The notes beneath the pieces are model-generated. The model was not told the origin of the DNA and ran no database searches. It was given only the letters and a program-made list of their open reading frames with translations. A program made the translations under genes and the position numbers. From an uncultured Acidimicrobiales bacterium (GTDB lineage Bacteria; Actinomycetota; Acidimicrobiia; Acidimicrobiales; SZUA-35), in the NCBI GenBank assembly GCA_937922045.1, contig CAKZXA010000032.1, positions 7,710 to 71,709 of the forward strand: a stretch of 64,000 bases of DNA. The letters are read 5' to 3'. The number at the start of each line of letters is the position of its first letter. Position 1 is the first letter of the stretch. Positions 1 to 9,002 of this stretch are shown here, one piece after another.

Positions 1-38
1 AGTGGCGACAGTGTGTTCACCGTCAGAAGTCGGGTCTA

Positions 39-932
39 TCAGGCCGATCCCTCGACGCGTCGCTGAGACCGGTAGACCGCCTGGGCCGCAATAGTTTCCG
101 GTTCAGCGAGGAAGGCTTCAATGTCGGTGTTTCGGGAGGATGGTGTTGCGGCGTCGGTTCGTTGGGCTCTGCCCTGTGCGCCGTCGGAGTGAATCCGGAC
201 GTTGAGAGTGGTGCGATCGATAGCGTTTGCGGCCAGACCCAACCGGTGTTCGAGGTCGGTCAGCACCCGTTCAGAGCTCTCGACAAGATCCTCGTATCGA
301 ACGCTGACCAGACGATGATCGTTGAACGCAGAAAGCTCAAGGGTGTTCTCTCGCCAGAGCTTCAGTGCATCCAAGGTCCACTGGTGTTCCCAATGGTTGT
401 CGGCATCGGCCTCCCACCGAAGAAGCGACCGTACGACATCATCGAGGTCACGGTTGATCACGACTACCTTCGCCTGCGGGAAGAGTCGGAAGAGCCGTTC
501 GATGTCCACCCGTCGATGTCGAACCTCCTTGAATCCCCACCGCTTCGTCGGAACGCCGTTCGGTGCCGTGCCGTAGAGATCGTAAAAGAGGCGACGAAAG
601 GCACCGTCGGTCTGCTCCTGTTGGGGCGAGAGGTTCGCTACGAAGGCGTTGGTGTCCCATCGCTGCCACTCCGAGTGAGCGGACCCATGAAGATGGCCCC
701 AGTCGACCAGAGCCTTATGGGAGGCGAGCAGGGTGGTCGACGCACCGGCGTTTTCTCCCCAGATGAAGACGTCGTCAGCCGAGTTGAGAAGTCGCTGAAC
801 GAGCGTTGACCCGGTTCGGTGTGAGGCTCCAGCGATGAAGATCGGACGCTGATTGAGCTGTCGCCTGGCGAATTGCCGGTTTGCGGCTAGCTGTGTCCTC
901 TGGAGGAGGCTTGGTTCGTTCGAACCTGTCAC
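39..932 (-). CDS. Sulfotransferase family protein (PAPS-dependent type)
   Basis: 297-aa ORF with a GTG start at 932 that overlaps the upstream stop by 4 bp (GTGA). It has a P-loop-like 5'-PSB-type motif (IFIAGASHRTGSTLV) and a 3'-PB-type motif (VVINRDLDDVVRSLL). These are the two PAPS-binding signatures of sulfotransferases. Confidence 0.75.
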   Translation of the reverse strand: MTGSNEPSLLQRTQLAANRQFARRQLNQRPIFIAGASHRTGSTLVQRLLNSADDVFIWGENAGASTTLLASHKALVDWGHLHGSAHSEWQRWDTNAFVANLSPQQEQTDGAFRRLFYDLYGTAPNGVPTKRWGFKEVRHRRVDIERLFRLFPQAKVVVINRDLDDVVRSLLRWEADADNHWEHQWTLDALKLWRENTLELSAFNDHRLVSVRYEDLVESSERVLTDLEHRLGLAANAIDRTTLNVRIHSDGAQGRAQRTDAATPSSRNTDIEAFLAEPETIAAQAVYRSQRRVEGSA

Positions 933-2194
933 TGAAGACTCCAGGCGGAGGAGACAGCGAGAGGGCCAACGTACCGGATGGCTAGATCTTCGGGCAAGGT
1001 GTGTTTGGTTTCTAGCGAGAATTGAACCGCATGTTCCTTTACGTCGAAGTTACTTGATTCGTCGCCGAGCCAGGCCGAGAGCGTGTAGGCCCCGGAGAAC
1101 AGAGGAAGATCGTCGACCTCGAGTCGATAGGTTGCCTCCTGCACCGCGTCGGGCGGTAGGCCGTCGATGGCGCTTCGGTCCGGATGCATCCGCGTATTTG
1201 ATGTGAACACAGGCTGCATGCCACCGGCGTAGACGATGACGCCAGGCACCGCTTGAAACGGGTAGGACGACGAAAAACTGATGTCGACAACAACCCGGCC
1301 ATATTCGAGCTGGGTTGGGTCGATGACCACCCGGGTAATTTGGGGTGTTGGGCGCTCGTCTATCTCATAGTCGACCGTTGTGCTCGAACGGCGGCTGCCG
1401 CGATGGTAGAAGGCGAGGGCATCGTCTACACCGTCGAACATGACCGCCTTGCCGTCGGCGATGACGGCGGCCCGAGTGCACAAGCGTTGAACCAGCGATG
1501 AGTTGTGGCTTACAAAGATGATCGTAGTTCCCTCCGCAGCCAGGCTCGACATCTTGTCGATGCACTTTGCCTGGAAGCGGACGTCGCCGACGGCGAGGAC
1601 TTCGTCGACGGCCAAGATCTCGGTGTTGAGGTGGGCGGCGACGGCGAATCCGAGCCGAACATACATGCCTGAGCTGTAGCGCCGCACCGGGGTGTCGATA
1701 AACATGCCGCAATCGGAGAATTCGATGATTTCGTCGAGTCGGGCTGAGACGTCACGGCGGGTCATCCCCATGATCGTGCCATTGAGGTAGATGTTTTCTC
1801 GGCCCGTCAGCTCGGGATGAAAGCCGGTGCCGACCTCGAGCAAGCTAGCCACTCGACCCTTGGTCAAGATCCGCCCCCGCGTCGGTGTCGTTATGCGCGA
1901 CAGAACCTTCAGCAGGGTTGACTTACCGGCACCGTTCGGCCCGATCAGGCCGACGACGTCGCCGCGGTTGATGGACATGTCGACACCTTGGAGCACCCAG
2001 ACATCACCACGACGTGCCTCCGCAGGCCCCTGGTTGACGACCCCACCGATCGGATCTCCGCGACGGAGCAGACGAGCCCAGCTGCGTCGGACATCGTCAG
2101 CCAGCGTGTTGGAACCAAATTCGCCAAGCTGGTACTTCTTCCAAACATCCTCGACGACGACCATCGTGTCGGCGTTTGATGGTGAGGCGCTCAT
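929..2194 (-). CDS. Polysaccharide/teichoic-acid-type ABC exporter ATP-binding protein (Wzt/TagH-like) with C-terminal extension
   Basis: Walker A GPNGAGKST, signature-like YSSGMYVRLGF and Walker B ILAVDEVLAVGD. About 150 aa follow the NBD (aa ~265-421), as in Wzt proteins that carry a glycan-terminus-binding domain. ATGA overlap with the upstream permease gene. Confidence 0.9.
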   Translation of the reverse strand: MSASPSNADTMVVVEDVWKKYQLGEFGSNTLADDVRRSWARLLRRGDPIGGVVNQGPAEARRGDVWVLQGVDMSINRGDVVGLIGPNGAGKSTLLKVLSRITTPTRGRILTKGRVASLLEVGTGFHPELTGRENIYLNGTIMGMTRRDVSARLDEIIEFSDCGMFIDTPVRRYSSGMYVRLGFAVAAHLNTEILAVDEVLAVGDVRFQAKCIDKMSSLAAEGTTIIFVSHNSSLVQRLCTRAAVIADGKAVMFDGVDDALAFYHRGSRRSSTTVDYEIDERPTPQITRVVIDPTQLEYGRVVVDISFSSSYPFQAVPGVIVYAGGMQPVFTSNTRMHPDRSAIDGLPPDAVQEATYRLEVDDLPLFSGAYTLSAWLGDESSNFDVKEHAVQFSLETKHTLPEDLAIRYVGPLAVSSAWSLQ

Positions 2195-3069
2195 ATGGTG
2201 TCCACGAACTTTCTCTCGACCTGGTTAAAGGCCAGGAGGCCGATAGTGAAGACGACCAGAGAACTCGCCAGTGCGTAGAGTACGCCGCCCGCACTGGTTG
2301 TGCCCGTTCCGAAAAGGGCATGGCGAAAGCCTTCGATGACGTGTGCCACCGGGTTCAGACCTGCGATCGTTCGGTACCGCTCCGGAATGGCGGACAGGGG
2401 ATAGATCACGGGGGTTGCGTACATCAGGAGTTGAACGCCAAAGCCGACGAGATAGGCGAGGTCGCGGTACTTGGCCGTCATGGAGGAGATGGCCATGCCG
2501 ATGCCCAAGGCGGCAGCCGCCATGATCAGCACGAAGAGCGGGAGCAGGAGAAGTTGTGCCTGCACATCGAAGATGGGTTGGCGTAGCTGCATGTAGGCGG
2601 CCACGCTGAGCAGAAGGACGAGCTGAACGGCCAAGGTCAACCCGTTGGAGACGGCGGTCGCTATCGGCACGATCAGGCGAGGAAAATAGACTTTGCCGAA
2701 GAGGTTGGCGTTCTCGCGGAATGTGTTCGACGTCGACGTGAGCGTCGTTGCGAAGTAGGTCCAACAGGTAACCCCGCTCAGGTAGAACAAGACTTGGGGT
2801 ATGCCGTCGGTTGACAAATTGGCGATCTCTCCAAACACGATGGTGAAAATGCCGGTGGTCATGAGAGGTTGGATAATTAGCCAGAGCGGCCCGAGTATTG
2901 TTTGCTTGTAGCGGGCAACGAAGTTTCGCTTCGTCAGCATCGTCACCAAATCCCGGTAGGCAAGAACCTCTCGAATCGGTACGTCGAATGCCCCCCGCCG
3001 TGGGCTGATGACGAGTGTCCAGTCTTCCTCGGTGGTATCCATGTGCCGTGTCAGGATCCGATCTTTCAT
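2191..3069 (-). CDS. ABC-2 type polysaccharide export permease (Wzm/TagG-like)
   Basis: 292-aa multi-TM protein with an ABC-2 permease-like N-terminus (VLAYRDLVTMLTKRNFVARYKQTILGPLWLIIQPL). ATGA overlaps on both sides, with the GT gene upstream and the ATPase gene downstream. Confidence 0.85.
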   Translation of the reverse strand: MKDRILTRHMDTTEEDWTLVISPRRGAFDVPIREVLAYRDLVTMLTKRNFVARYKQTILGPLWLIIQPLMTTGIFTIVFGEIANLSTDGIPQVLFYLSGVTCWTYFATTLTSTSNTFRENANLFGKVYFPRLIVPIATAVSNGLTLAVQLVLLLSVAAYMQLRQPIFDVQAQLLLLPLFVLIMAAAALGIGMAISSMTAKYRDLAYLVGFGVQLLMYATPVIYPLSAIPERYRTIAGLNPVAHVIEGFRHALFGTGTTSAGGVLYALASSLVVFTIGLLAFNQVERKFVDTI

Positions 3070-5594
3070 GTTGGTGTGCCGGCCGAGCGCCTGGTCGCTA
3101 TGTCTTCAGCGAAACGATCGATCAGCCATCGCCGAACCCGCCAGATGGGGCTGGCGACTGCACCCGTCTGGCCCGCGACCGTAGCGAGATGGAGGCCTTC
3201 GTATACCACGCTGAACGCTGAGCCTGACGCCACTTCGCTCGGCGTGCTCGGATCGAGGAGATCGACGGACACGGCCGGGCTTACCGGCTCGGGTCGGTCG
3301 ACGTTGAAAGGGTTGTTCTTGGCTCCGACCGCAGCGGAGGCACCAGCCCAGTAGCTAGCAACGGACAGAACCCGGCCGGACCGCCGTCGTAGCTTTGTCG
3401 ACCTGGTGCGTCGCACAACGCTGGTGATGACAGGCTCCAGGCGTTGAAAGAGCGCTGGCCTCTTGCCAGCGAACTGGGCGACCCGGCGGCTCGTACCGCT
3501 TGCCGGCCACAGTTTTGTATCGATATGAGACGCATAGGAGGGAAACTCTGTCAAGATGAGCGCGTCGCCAAAGCCATCTCGCCAGAAGTCTTTCCTGCTG
3601 CTCGAACGATTTTCGTCACGCTGCACGACGCTGGCCCTTGGGGCGGCGACGACATGAACGCCAGCATCGATGGCTCGAAGGCCAAAGAGCCAGTCTTCCC
3701 GGCGTGGAATCTCAGGAAAGCGGCCGAGTTTGTCGAAAAGGGAACGAGGCAGCGACATATTTCCCGTGCAGACATCGGGGAAGCCCAAGGCGGGCTCAGT
3801 TCGCAGGCGATCGGTGTGATCCACCCACCAGTTGCGCCCCGCCACACCGAAACTACCGACGCCGCGGTGGTCGACCAAGGCTGGTCCGACGACGAGCACG
3901 CGGTCGTCGCCAACGGCCTGTGCTGTTGAACGGTGGGTCAGAAGGTGCTGGGTGGCGAAATCATCGAGCTTGACCATGACATCGTCGTCGAGAAAAAGCA
4001 CATAGTCTTCACGTACGGCTCGTACGCCTGCATTTCGTGCTGCTCCGGCACCACTACCGTGCTCTAGGTCCTTGGAATTTGGGTCGAGCTCGACCACACG
4101 AAGCCGCTCTGAGCCGTCGGCTTTGGCGAGCCGGGTCAGGGTTGCGACGGTGCCGTCGATATCGCCATCGACCGCCACAACGACGGCAGAGACATCAGGC
4201 AATGAGAGGACCCGTTCAGCGAGGGCCACGACCTGCCCACTTCGACCGCGTGTAGGAATGACAACGGCTAGTGAGGGCAGCGGTTCCGAGCTGCTGCGAG
4301 CCGCTGACGATTGGCGGAGCCAGGGTGCTGGCATCTCCCACTGGCGTTGGAGCACAGGAGTGCGCTTTGCGCACATCGCCGCTGAGCGTCGATAGGCCAG
4401 CGGGCTCTTCGCCACGCCCTTGAGCTCGGCCAGAACGAGGTGCCGAGGCAAGGCGCCAGATTTACCAGAGCGATAGTCCGACAGGGTCTGGCGATGCCAC
4501 GTTGCGGTGTTGCGCATCTTGCGTAACGTCGCTTTCCGGTGGCCATCGTGCCAAAGGGTTCGCCAGTTCAGGGCCCAGACCCCGGTGGCATTGCTGGTGA
4601 ACATCTTCACCAGAGATTCGTCATCGTCTCGATGCCAGTGGCGAGCGGTTGACAACGGTTCGTAGGTCACCCGATAGCCCGCATCGAGAACGCGACGATA
4701 CATCCACGTGTCTCCGCCGGTGCCTGTTGGCATCCCGGCATCTAACTCCTCGGGAAAGCCGCCGGCAGCGAGGGCGAACTGTTTGCGAACCGCCATGGCC
4801 GCCCCGACGCCGGGCGTCGACCAATTGCCTGAGGCAGGGCGGTGTTCAGGAAAGAGATGAGGCCCGTTGTAGACGCGAAAGGCAAAGCCGCGGCTATGAG
4901 AGCAAAATTGTTCCGAACGAACCTGGGCCTCGGTCGACAAGGCGGCTGGCAGCACCAGGCCGGCTGTCGCCATCACCAGCGGATCTCGAAAACCATCGAC
5001 AAGCCAACGATCCCAGCCGTGCCGGATCTCGACGTCATCATCGGTGAACAAGACCAAATCGGAGCTGGCCTCGAGCAGGGCTCGATTGCGGGCCCGGTCG
5101 AGGCCCGGGTCGGGTTCGCGCACATAGCGAAAGCCGAACCCTTCGACCGTTGCCTTGATCACCGGGAGATCCTTCCGGCTGTTGTCCACGATGATGACTT
5201 CTTGGCAGAGAGCATCGAGGTTCTTCAGCGAAGCCAGACAGCGCTCAAGCGATTCAGGGCGGTCGGCAGTGCAGACGGCGACGGAATAGGACCCGAGCGA
5301 GCTATCGAACCAAGGCTCGGCGACCGCCGCCTTGGTCAGCTCCGCTCTGGCCAAGCCAACAGGGTGATGTTCGGCGAAGAGATTGCGGACCTTCGGGACA
5401 TCGAGTTGTGGCGTGGTCGGCCCAATGATCAGCGTACCGATGGGAACGTCATGCCACCATCCGGTGACATGGGCAAGGCGATGCTTCAAAGCGATGGTTT
5501 CGGCCGTCGGGCCAACCTGTGGATCGAGGCGAATATCCAACACGTCCATCGGCTCTTGGAGGGCTAGCTCACCAATGGTCTTGGCGATGATCAT
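3066..5594 (-). CDS. Large dual-domain family-2 glycosyltransferase (candidate glycan polymerase of the ABC-dependent route)
   Basis: 842 aa with two GT-A/GT2-like modules. The first has SVAVCTADRPESL ... IIVDNS ... FTDDDV. The second has LAVVIPTRGRSG ... VAVDGDIDGT ... FLDDDVMV. It is the first gene of the coupled GT-wzm-wzt-sulfotransferase operon. Confidence 0.8.
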   Translation of the reverse strand: MIIAKTIGELALQEPMDVLDIRLDPQVGPTAETIALKHRLAHVTGWWHDVPIGTLIIGPTTPQLDVPKVRNLFAEHHPVGLARAELTKAAVAEPWFDSSLGSYSVAVCTADRPESLERCLASLKNLDALCQEVIIVDNSRKDLPVIKATVEGFGFRYVREPDPGLDRARNRALLEASSDLVLFTDDDVEIRHGWDRWLVDGFRDPLVMATAGLVLPAALSTEAQVRSEQFCSHSRGFAFRVYNGPHLFPEHRPASGNWSTPGVGAAMAVRKQFALAAGGFPEELDAGMPTGTGGDTWMYRRVLDAGYRVTYEPLSTARHWHRDDDESLVKMFTSNATGVWALNWRTLWHDGHRKATLRKMRNTATWHRQTLSDYRSGKSGALPRHLVLAELKGVAKSPLAYRRSAAMCAKRTPVLQRQWEMPAPWLRQSSAARSSSEPLPSLAVVIPTRGRSGQVVALAERVLSLPDVSAVVVAVDGDIDGTVATLTRLAKADGSERLRVVELDPNSKDLEHGSGAGAARNAGVRAVREDYVLFLDDDVMVKLDDFATQHLLTHRSTAQAVGDDRVLVVGPALVDHRGVGSFGVAGRNWWVDHTDRLRTEPALGFPDVCTGNMSLPRSLFDKLGRFPEIPRREDWLFGLRAIDAGVHVVAAPRASVVQRDENRSSSRKDFWRDGFGDALILTEFPSYASHIDTKLWPASGTSRRVAQFAGKRPALFQRLEPVITSVVRRTRSTKLRRRSGRVLSVASYWAGASAAVGAKNNPFNVDRPEPVSPAVSVDLLDPSTPSEVASGSAFSVVYEGLHLATVAGQTGAVASPIWRVRRWLIDRFAEDIATRRSAGTPT

Positions 5595-5688
5595 CTGCTG
5601 GATTCCTGCCGCCTCGTGGTTAGGGTTGTCCTATGAACTACGGCCGGAATTCTTGCAAAGCGAATGCACCGGGGATGGCCGCCCTTCA

Positions 5689-6804
5689 ATGATACCGAAG
5701 GAGCAGATGCCGCCCTACCGGCTCGCAGACGTCACAGTCGTTGTTCCGGCCTTTAATGCTGCTAACTACATCGAAAACACGATAGCTAGCGTCTTGGCCC
5801 AGACCGTCGTGCCAGCCGAATTGGTTGTCGTCGACGACGGATCGACCGACGACACCGCTGCGGTGGTCCAGGCAACTTTTGCGTGTCATGAGTCGCACCA
5901 AAGTCGCGTTCGCCTTCTGTCACAAAAAAATTCGGGAGTATGTGTCGCTCGCAATGCGGGATTGGCGGCCGCTAAAGGCCAGGCGGTGATGTTCGTCGAT
6001 GCCGATGATGTCCTGCTTCCCTGGGCGTTGGAGATCATCGACGCCGAGCTGGGGGCCAACCCTGATGCCGGGATGGCGTTTGGCTCGGTGATCTACATCG
6101 ATGAGAACGGGGATATAGCGCAACGGCCCGTTGTCCGCTGGGACCACGATGATTCCTTGTCGACCTGGCTGAACGGAAATAGGGTCCGTTGTGGGAGCGG
6201 AGCTCTGGTTCGCCGGGAGGTGGCTCAGCAGGTCGGGGGGTTCGAGACGTCGATGCGAGAAGCCGAAGGCGAAGCCTTGGCCGATTGGCTCTTCTACCTC
6301 GGTGTTCGACAGCACGGACCGACACGGTATGTGCCAGCACCCACGGTTGGCTACCGCCAGCTGCAGGGCTCGATGTCATCGGACCCGGCAGAGATGCTTG
6401 AAGCCCAAGAGCGCATGTATCAACGGGTGCGAGGTCTCTACGGGATCGACGACGAAGACATGGCATCGAAAGCCATCATCGACCATGGCGCCTACCATCT
6501 CTCAAAGACTTTGTTTGAACGCCGTTGGCGACCAGCGCTTAGTATTCTCGGTCAGCTTGGCCCGCGTCGTGCGCTTCAGGCAGCTCCTCGATTGTTCAGA
6601 TCTAGGCTTTCGCTGTTCTACTGGCGTCGTCTCATAACGAGCGTCGGGAGCTCGGTCGAATCTGTGACAGGTCCCGTTCTGGGGCGCAAACTGGCCAGGA
6701 GCGTTGAGGCCCCGCCAGGGGCGTGGGCAGCTGGCACCTATCCGCTCGCTCTCAACGAGTACGTCGACTTGATGGCCCCCGTGGTAAAGGATCGTTATGG
6801 CTGA
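5689..6804 (+). CDS. Family-2 glycosyltransferase
   Basis: Motifs VTVVVPAFNAANYIENTIASVLAQT, VVVDDGSTDDT and FVDADDV. I trimmed the start of ORF 5383..6804 to the ATG at 5689, because the upstream part overlaps the divergent gene and looks off-frame. Confidence 0.85.
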   Translation: MIPKEQMPPYRLADVTVVVPAFNAANYIENTIASVLAQTVVPAELVVVDDGSTDDTAAVVQATFACHESHQSRVRLLSQKNSGVCVARNAGLAAAKGQAVMFVDADDVLLPWALEIIDAELGANPDAGMAFGSVIYIDENGDIAQRPVVRWDHDDSLSTWLNGNRVRCGSGALVRREVAQQVGGFETSMREAEGEALADWLFYLGVRQHGPTRYVPAPTVGYRQLQGSMSSDPAEMLEAQERMYQRVRGLYGIDDEDMASKAIIDHGAYHLSKTLFERRWRPALSILGQLGPRRALQAAPRLFRSRLSLFYWRRLITSVGSSVESVTGPVLGRKLARSVEAPPGAWAAGTYPLALNEYVDLMAPVVKDRYG

Positions 6805-7768
6805 TGCTGCACTGCCCGACTCGGAACCGACCCGAACGTCGGCCTCGATGTCGTTCTCAATCTGTATTCCTTCCTACAACCGCTCCCAGAAGTTGGAAGC
6901 GCTGCTGGACACGATCGCCCATGAGGTGACCGCTTCGAAGGGGGATGTCACCGTCGAGGTCGTAATCGCTCTCGACGGCTCGACCGATGGTTCCGAAGCC
7001 ATGCTCGAAGCGAAAAAGACCACATATCCTGTGCCGCTGCGATGGCAGTGGCATGAGAATCGAGGGCGCTCGGCCGCTCGAAACACGCTGATCGATGAGG
7101 CCCAGAACGACTTTCTGTGGTTCCTAGATGACGACATGCTACTGGAACCAGGGGTTTTCGATCGGCACCGCCACTGGGATCGCGATGTGGCGCCGGTGAT
7201 GTTTGGTCCGTCCTATGTGATCGGCGGAAACGAGGGGCTCGCCCTTTTCTACGAATATCGCTGGCGAGATCTCGCCGAGCGCGACGCCATCACCGAGGCT
7301 GGCGTTGTCTCCTTCGCCAACACGTCGATGCCAACATCGATCGCCCGCGCTAACCGGTTCGACGAGTCGTTCGTCGGCTACGGGTTTGAAGACTATGAGC
7401 TAGCCCTTCGGATGCTGGCGGCAGGCGTCGGTTTCGGTTTCGATCTCGAGGCCAAGGTGATGCATCACAACGACAAGTCTGGGTTCCAGATGTTGGCGAA
7501 CATCCGCGATGAAGGCCGCAATCGCGTCTTGCTCTCCGACATCCACCCTGAGGCGGGAGCATTCGCTCTGGAGCTACGCGGCGGGCGGCTGGCCCGATTG
7601 CTTCGTCCGATCGCAGACCGTGGCTGGTCGAAGCCCTTGTGGTGGGTAGCCCACGTTGTTCGGGCCGCCGCCCTTCCACTCAAGGGAAAGCGAGCGTTCC
7701 GGGTCATTCGGATCGCCGACGACTTTGCCTTATATAGCGGCCTGGCCTCAGCCAGCCGGGAGAGTTAG
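6797..7768 (+). CDS. Family-2 glycosyltransferase
   Basis: Motifs FSICIPSYNRSQKLEALLDTI, ALDGSTDGS and FLDDDML. The start overlaps the stop of the upstream GT2 by 8 bp. An internal ATG (MSFS...) is an alternative start. Confidence 0.8.
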   Translation: MADAALPDSEPTRTSASMSFSICIPSYNRSQKLEALLDTIAHEVTASKGDVTVEVVIALDGSTDGSEAMLEAKKTTYPVPLRWQWHENRGRSAARNTLIDEAQNDFLWFLDDDMLLEPGVFDRHRHWDRDVAPVMFGPSYVIGGNEGLALFYEYRWRDLAERDAITEAGVVSFANTSMPTSIARANRFDESFVGYGFEDYELALRMLAAGVGFGFDLEAKVMHHNDKSGFQMLANIRDEGRNRVLLSDIHPEAGAFALELRGGRLARLLRPIADRGWSKPLWWVAHVVRAAALPLKGKRAFRVIRIADDFALYSGLASASRES

Positions 7769-7794
7769 CGGCCTGGCCTCAGCCAGCCGGGAGA
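7735..7794. repeat. Perfect 29-bp tandem direct repeat (period 31 bp) at a convergent gene junction
   Basis: tagcggcctggcctcagccagccgggaga occurs at 7735..7763 and again at 7766..7794. Copy 1 encodes the last 10 codons of the + gene. Copy 2 supplies the + gene stop (TAG 7766..7768), and also the last codons and stop (7779..7781) of the - gene. Confidence 0.95.
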
Positions 7795-9002
7795 CGTGAT
7801 CGTGGTTGCATGGCCTCGATAGCGATCTGTGACGTCGTAGAGGCCACGACCGTCCGCTCGTAGCGGCGCCCAAAGAGTTCGTTGGCCGCATGGACGAGAC
7901 GCTGCGCCGTCTCCGGTTCATTGTGGAGACGGAGAATGGCATCGGCCATTCCGGCTGACGAGTCGCTGATAAGAAGATGTTCGTCGTGGCGTACATCGAA
8001 GCCCTGAACCCCGAAGGTTGTGCTGACTAGGGGGATGCGACGCCCCATCGCCTCGAGTACCTTCAGCCTGCTGCCAGCTCCGGAACGGATGGGGGTGGCG
8101 ACCACCGATGCCGAGGCAAAGACCTCATCGAGGTCGTCGGCGAAGCCCAGGTAGCGCACGCCTGGTAGCTGCTCGATGTCGTCCAGCACGGGGCCAGCGC
8201 GTCCAACGAGGACCAGGGTCGCGCCCGGTAGCTGATTTCTGACCAGGGGTAGAACCTCGGTGGCCAACATCTTCGCCGCGTCGGCGTTCGGCTGATAGTG
8301 CAGACCTCCTACGAAAACGATCGTGCAGTTGTCGCTTCGGGCCGCAGGCTGGTGGCGTTCGGAGGGGGCCGGGTAGGCGTTTGGCAGAACGCGAACGTTG
8401 GCCAGGCCTAGATGGTCCCTATCTTCGGCCGAGGTGACCAGGGCCAAGGTGGAGCGGGCAGCGACCCTCAGTTGGTGGGCCCGCCACCGTCGAGCATCGA
8501 GACGAAGGGCGACTCGTTTGGCCGCCGACTTCAGCCGATGTTCGCCCTTGCTGTCGGCGTGCGATTCCTGCTCGAGGAGCAGATCGTAGAGGTCGTCGAA
8601 ATCGACAACGAGCGGTGTCGCCTCGTTGGGGCTTGCATCCAGCGCTGGCCCGACGACGGTGAGCGGTCGAGCTCTGAACACCCAGATGAGATCGAACGGC
8701 GTCGCCAGCAGGGGAGTGGTTTGGTCGATGAGCTCTTCCTTGTTTCGATACAGCGAATCCTTAGGCCGGCGCCAAAGGTGCGCCATCACGTAGCCGAGTC
8801 GAGCCCGGAATTCGTTGGCTCGGATGACGGTCGGTGACGAGTCCGGCCACGTGTCGTCCTTCACGTCGCGGGACAAGAAGAGGGTCTCGACATCGCCGAC
8901 CTGTTCAAGACCCCTGAGCGTTGTTCCTATCCTGAGGCCGTAGCCGGATTTGTTGCCAAGGCAATGATCGGTAACGAACAGAATGCGTGGTCGGGCCGTC
9001 AT
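7779..9002 (-). CDS. Family-4 (GT-B, group 1) glycosyltransferase
   Basis: C-terminal GT-B signature (GSRLKVLEAMGRRIPLVST). N-terminus is MTARPRILFVTDH. I trimmed the start to the ATG at 9002, which forms an ATGA overlap with the upstream gene stop. Confidence 0.85.
   Translation of the reverse strand: MTARPRILFVTDHCLGNKSGYGLRIGTTLRGLEQVGDVETLFLSRDVKDDTWPDSSPTVIRANEFRARLGYVMAHLWRRPKDSLYRNKEELIDQTTPLLATPFDLIWVFRARPLTVVGPALDASPNEATPLVVDFDDLYDLLLEQESHADSKGEHRLKSAAKRVALRLDARRWRAHQLRVAARSTLALVTSAEDRDHLGLANVRVLPNAYPAPSERHQPAARSDNCTIVFVGGLHYQPNADAAKMLATEVLPLVRNQLPGATLVLVGRAGPVLDDIEQLPGVRYLGFADDLDEVFASASVVATPIRSGAGSRLKVLEAMGRRIPLVSTTFGVQGFDVRHDEHLLISDSSAGMADAILRLHNEPETAQRLVHAANELFGRRYERTVVASTTSQIAIEAMQPRSRLPAG

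Noticed and set aside
5383-5688. Upstream extension of ORF 5383..6804
   Set aside because: It overlaps the 5' end of the divergent 842-aa GT gene and has no GT-like sequence. The GT2 domain begins right after the ATG at 5689.
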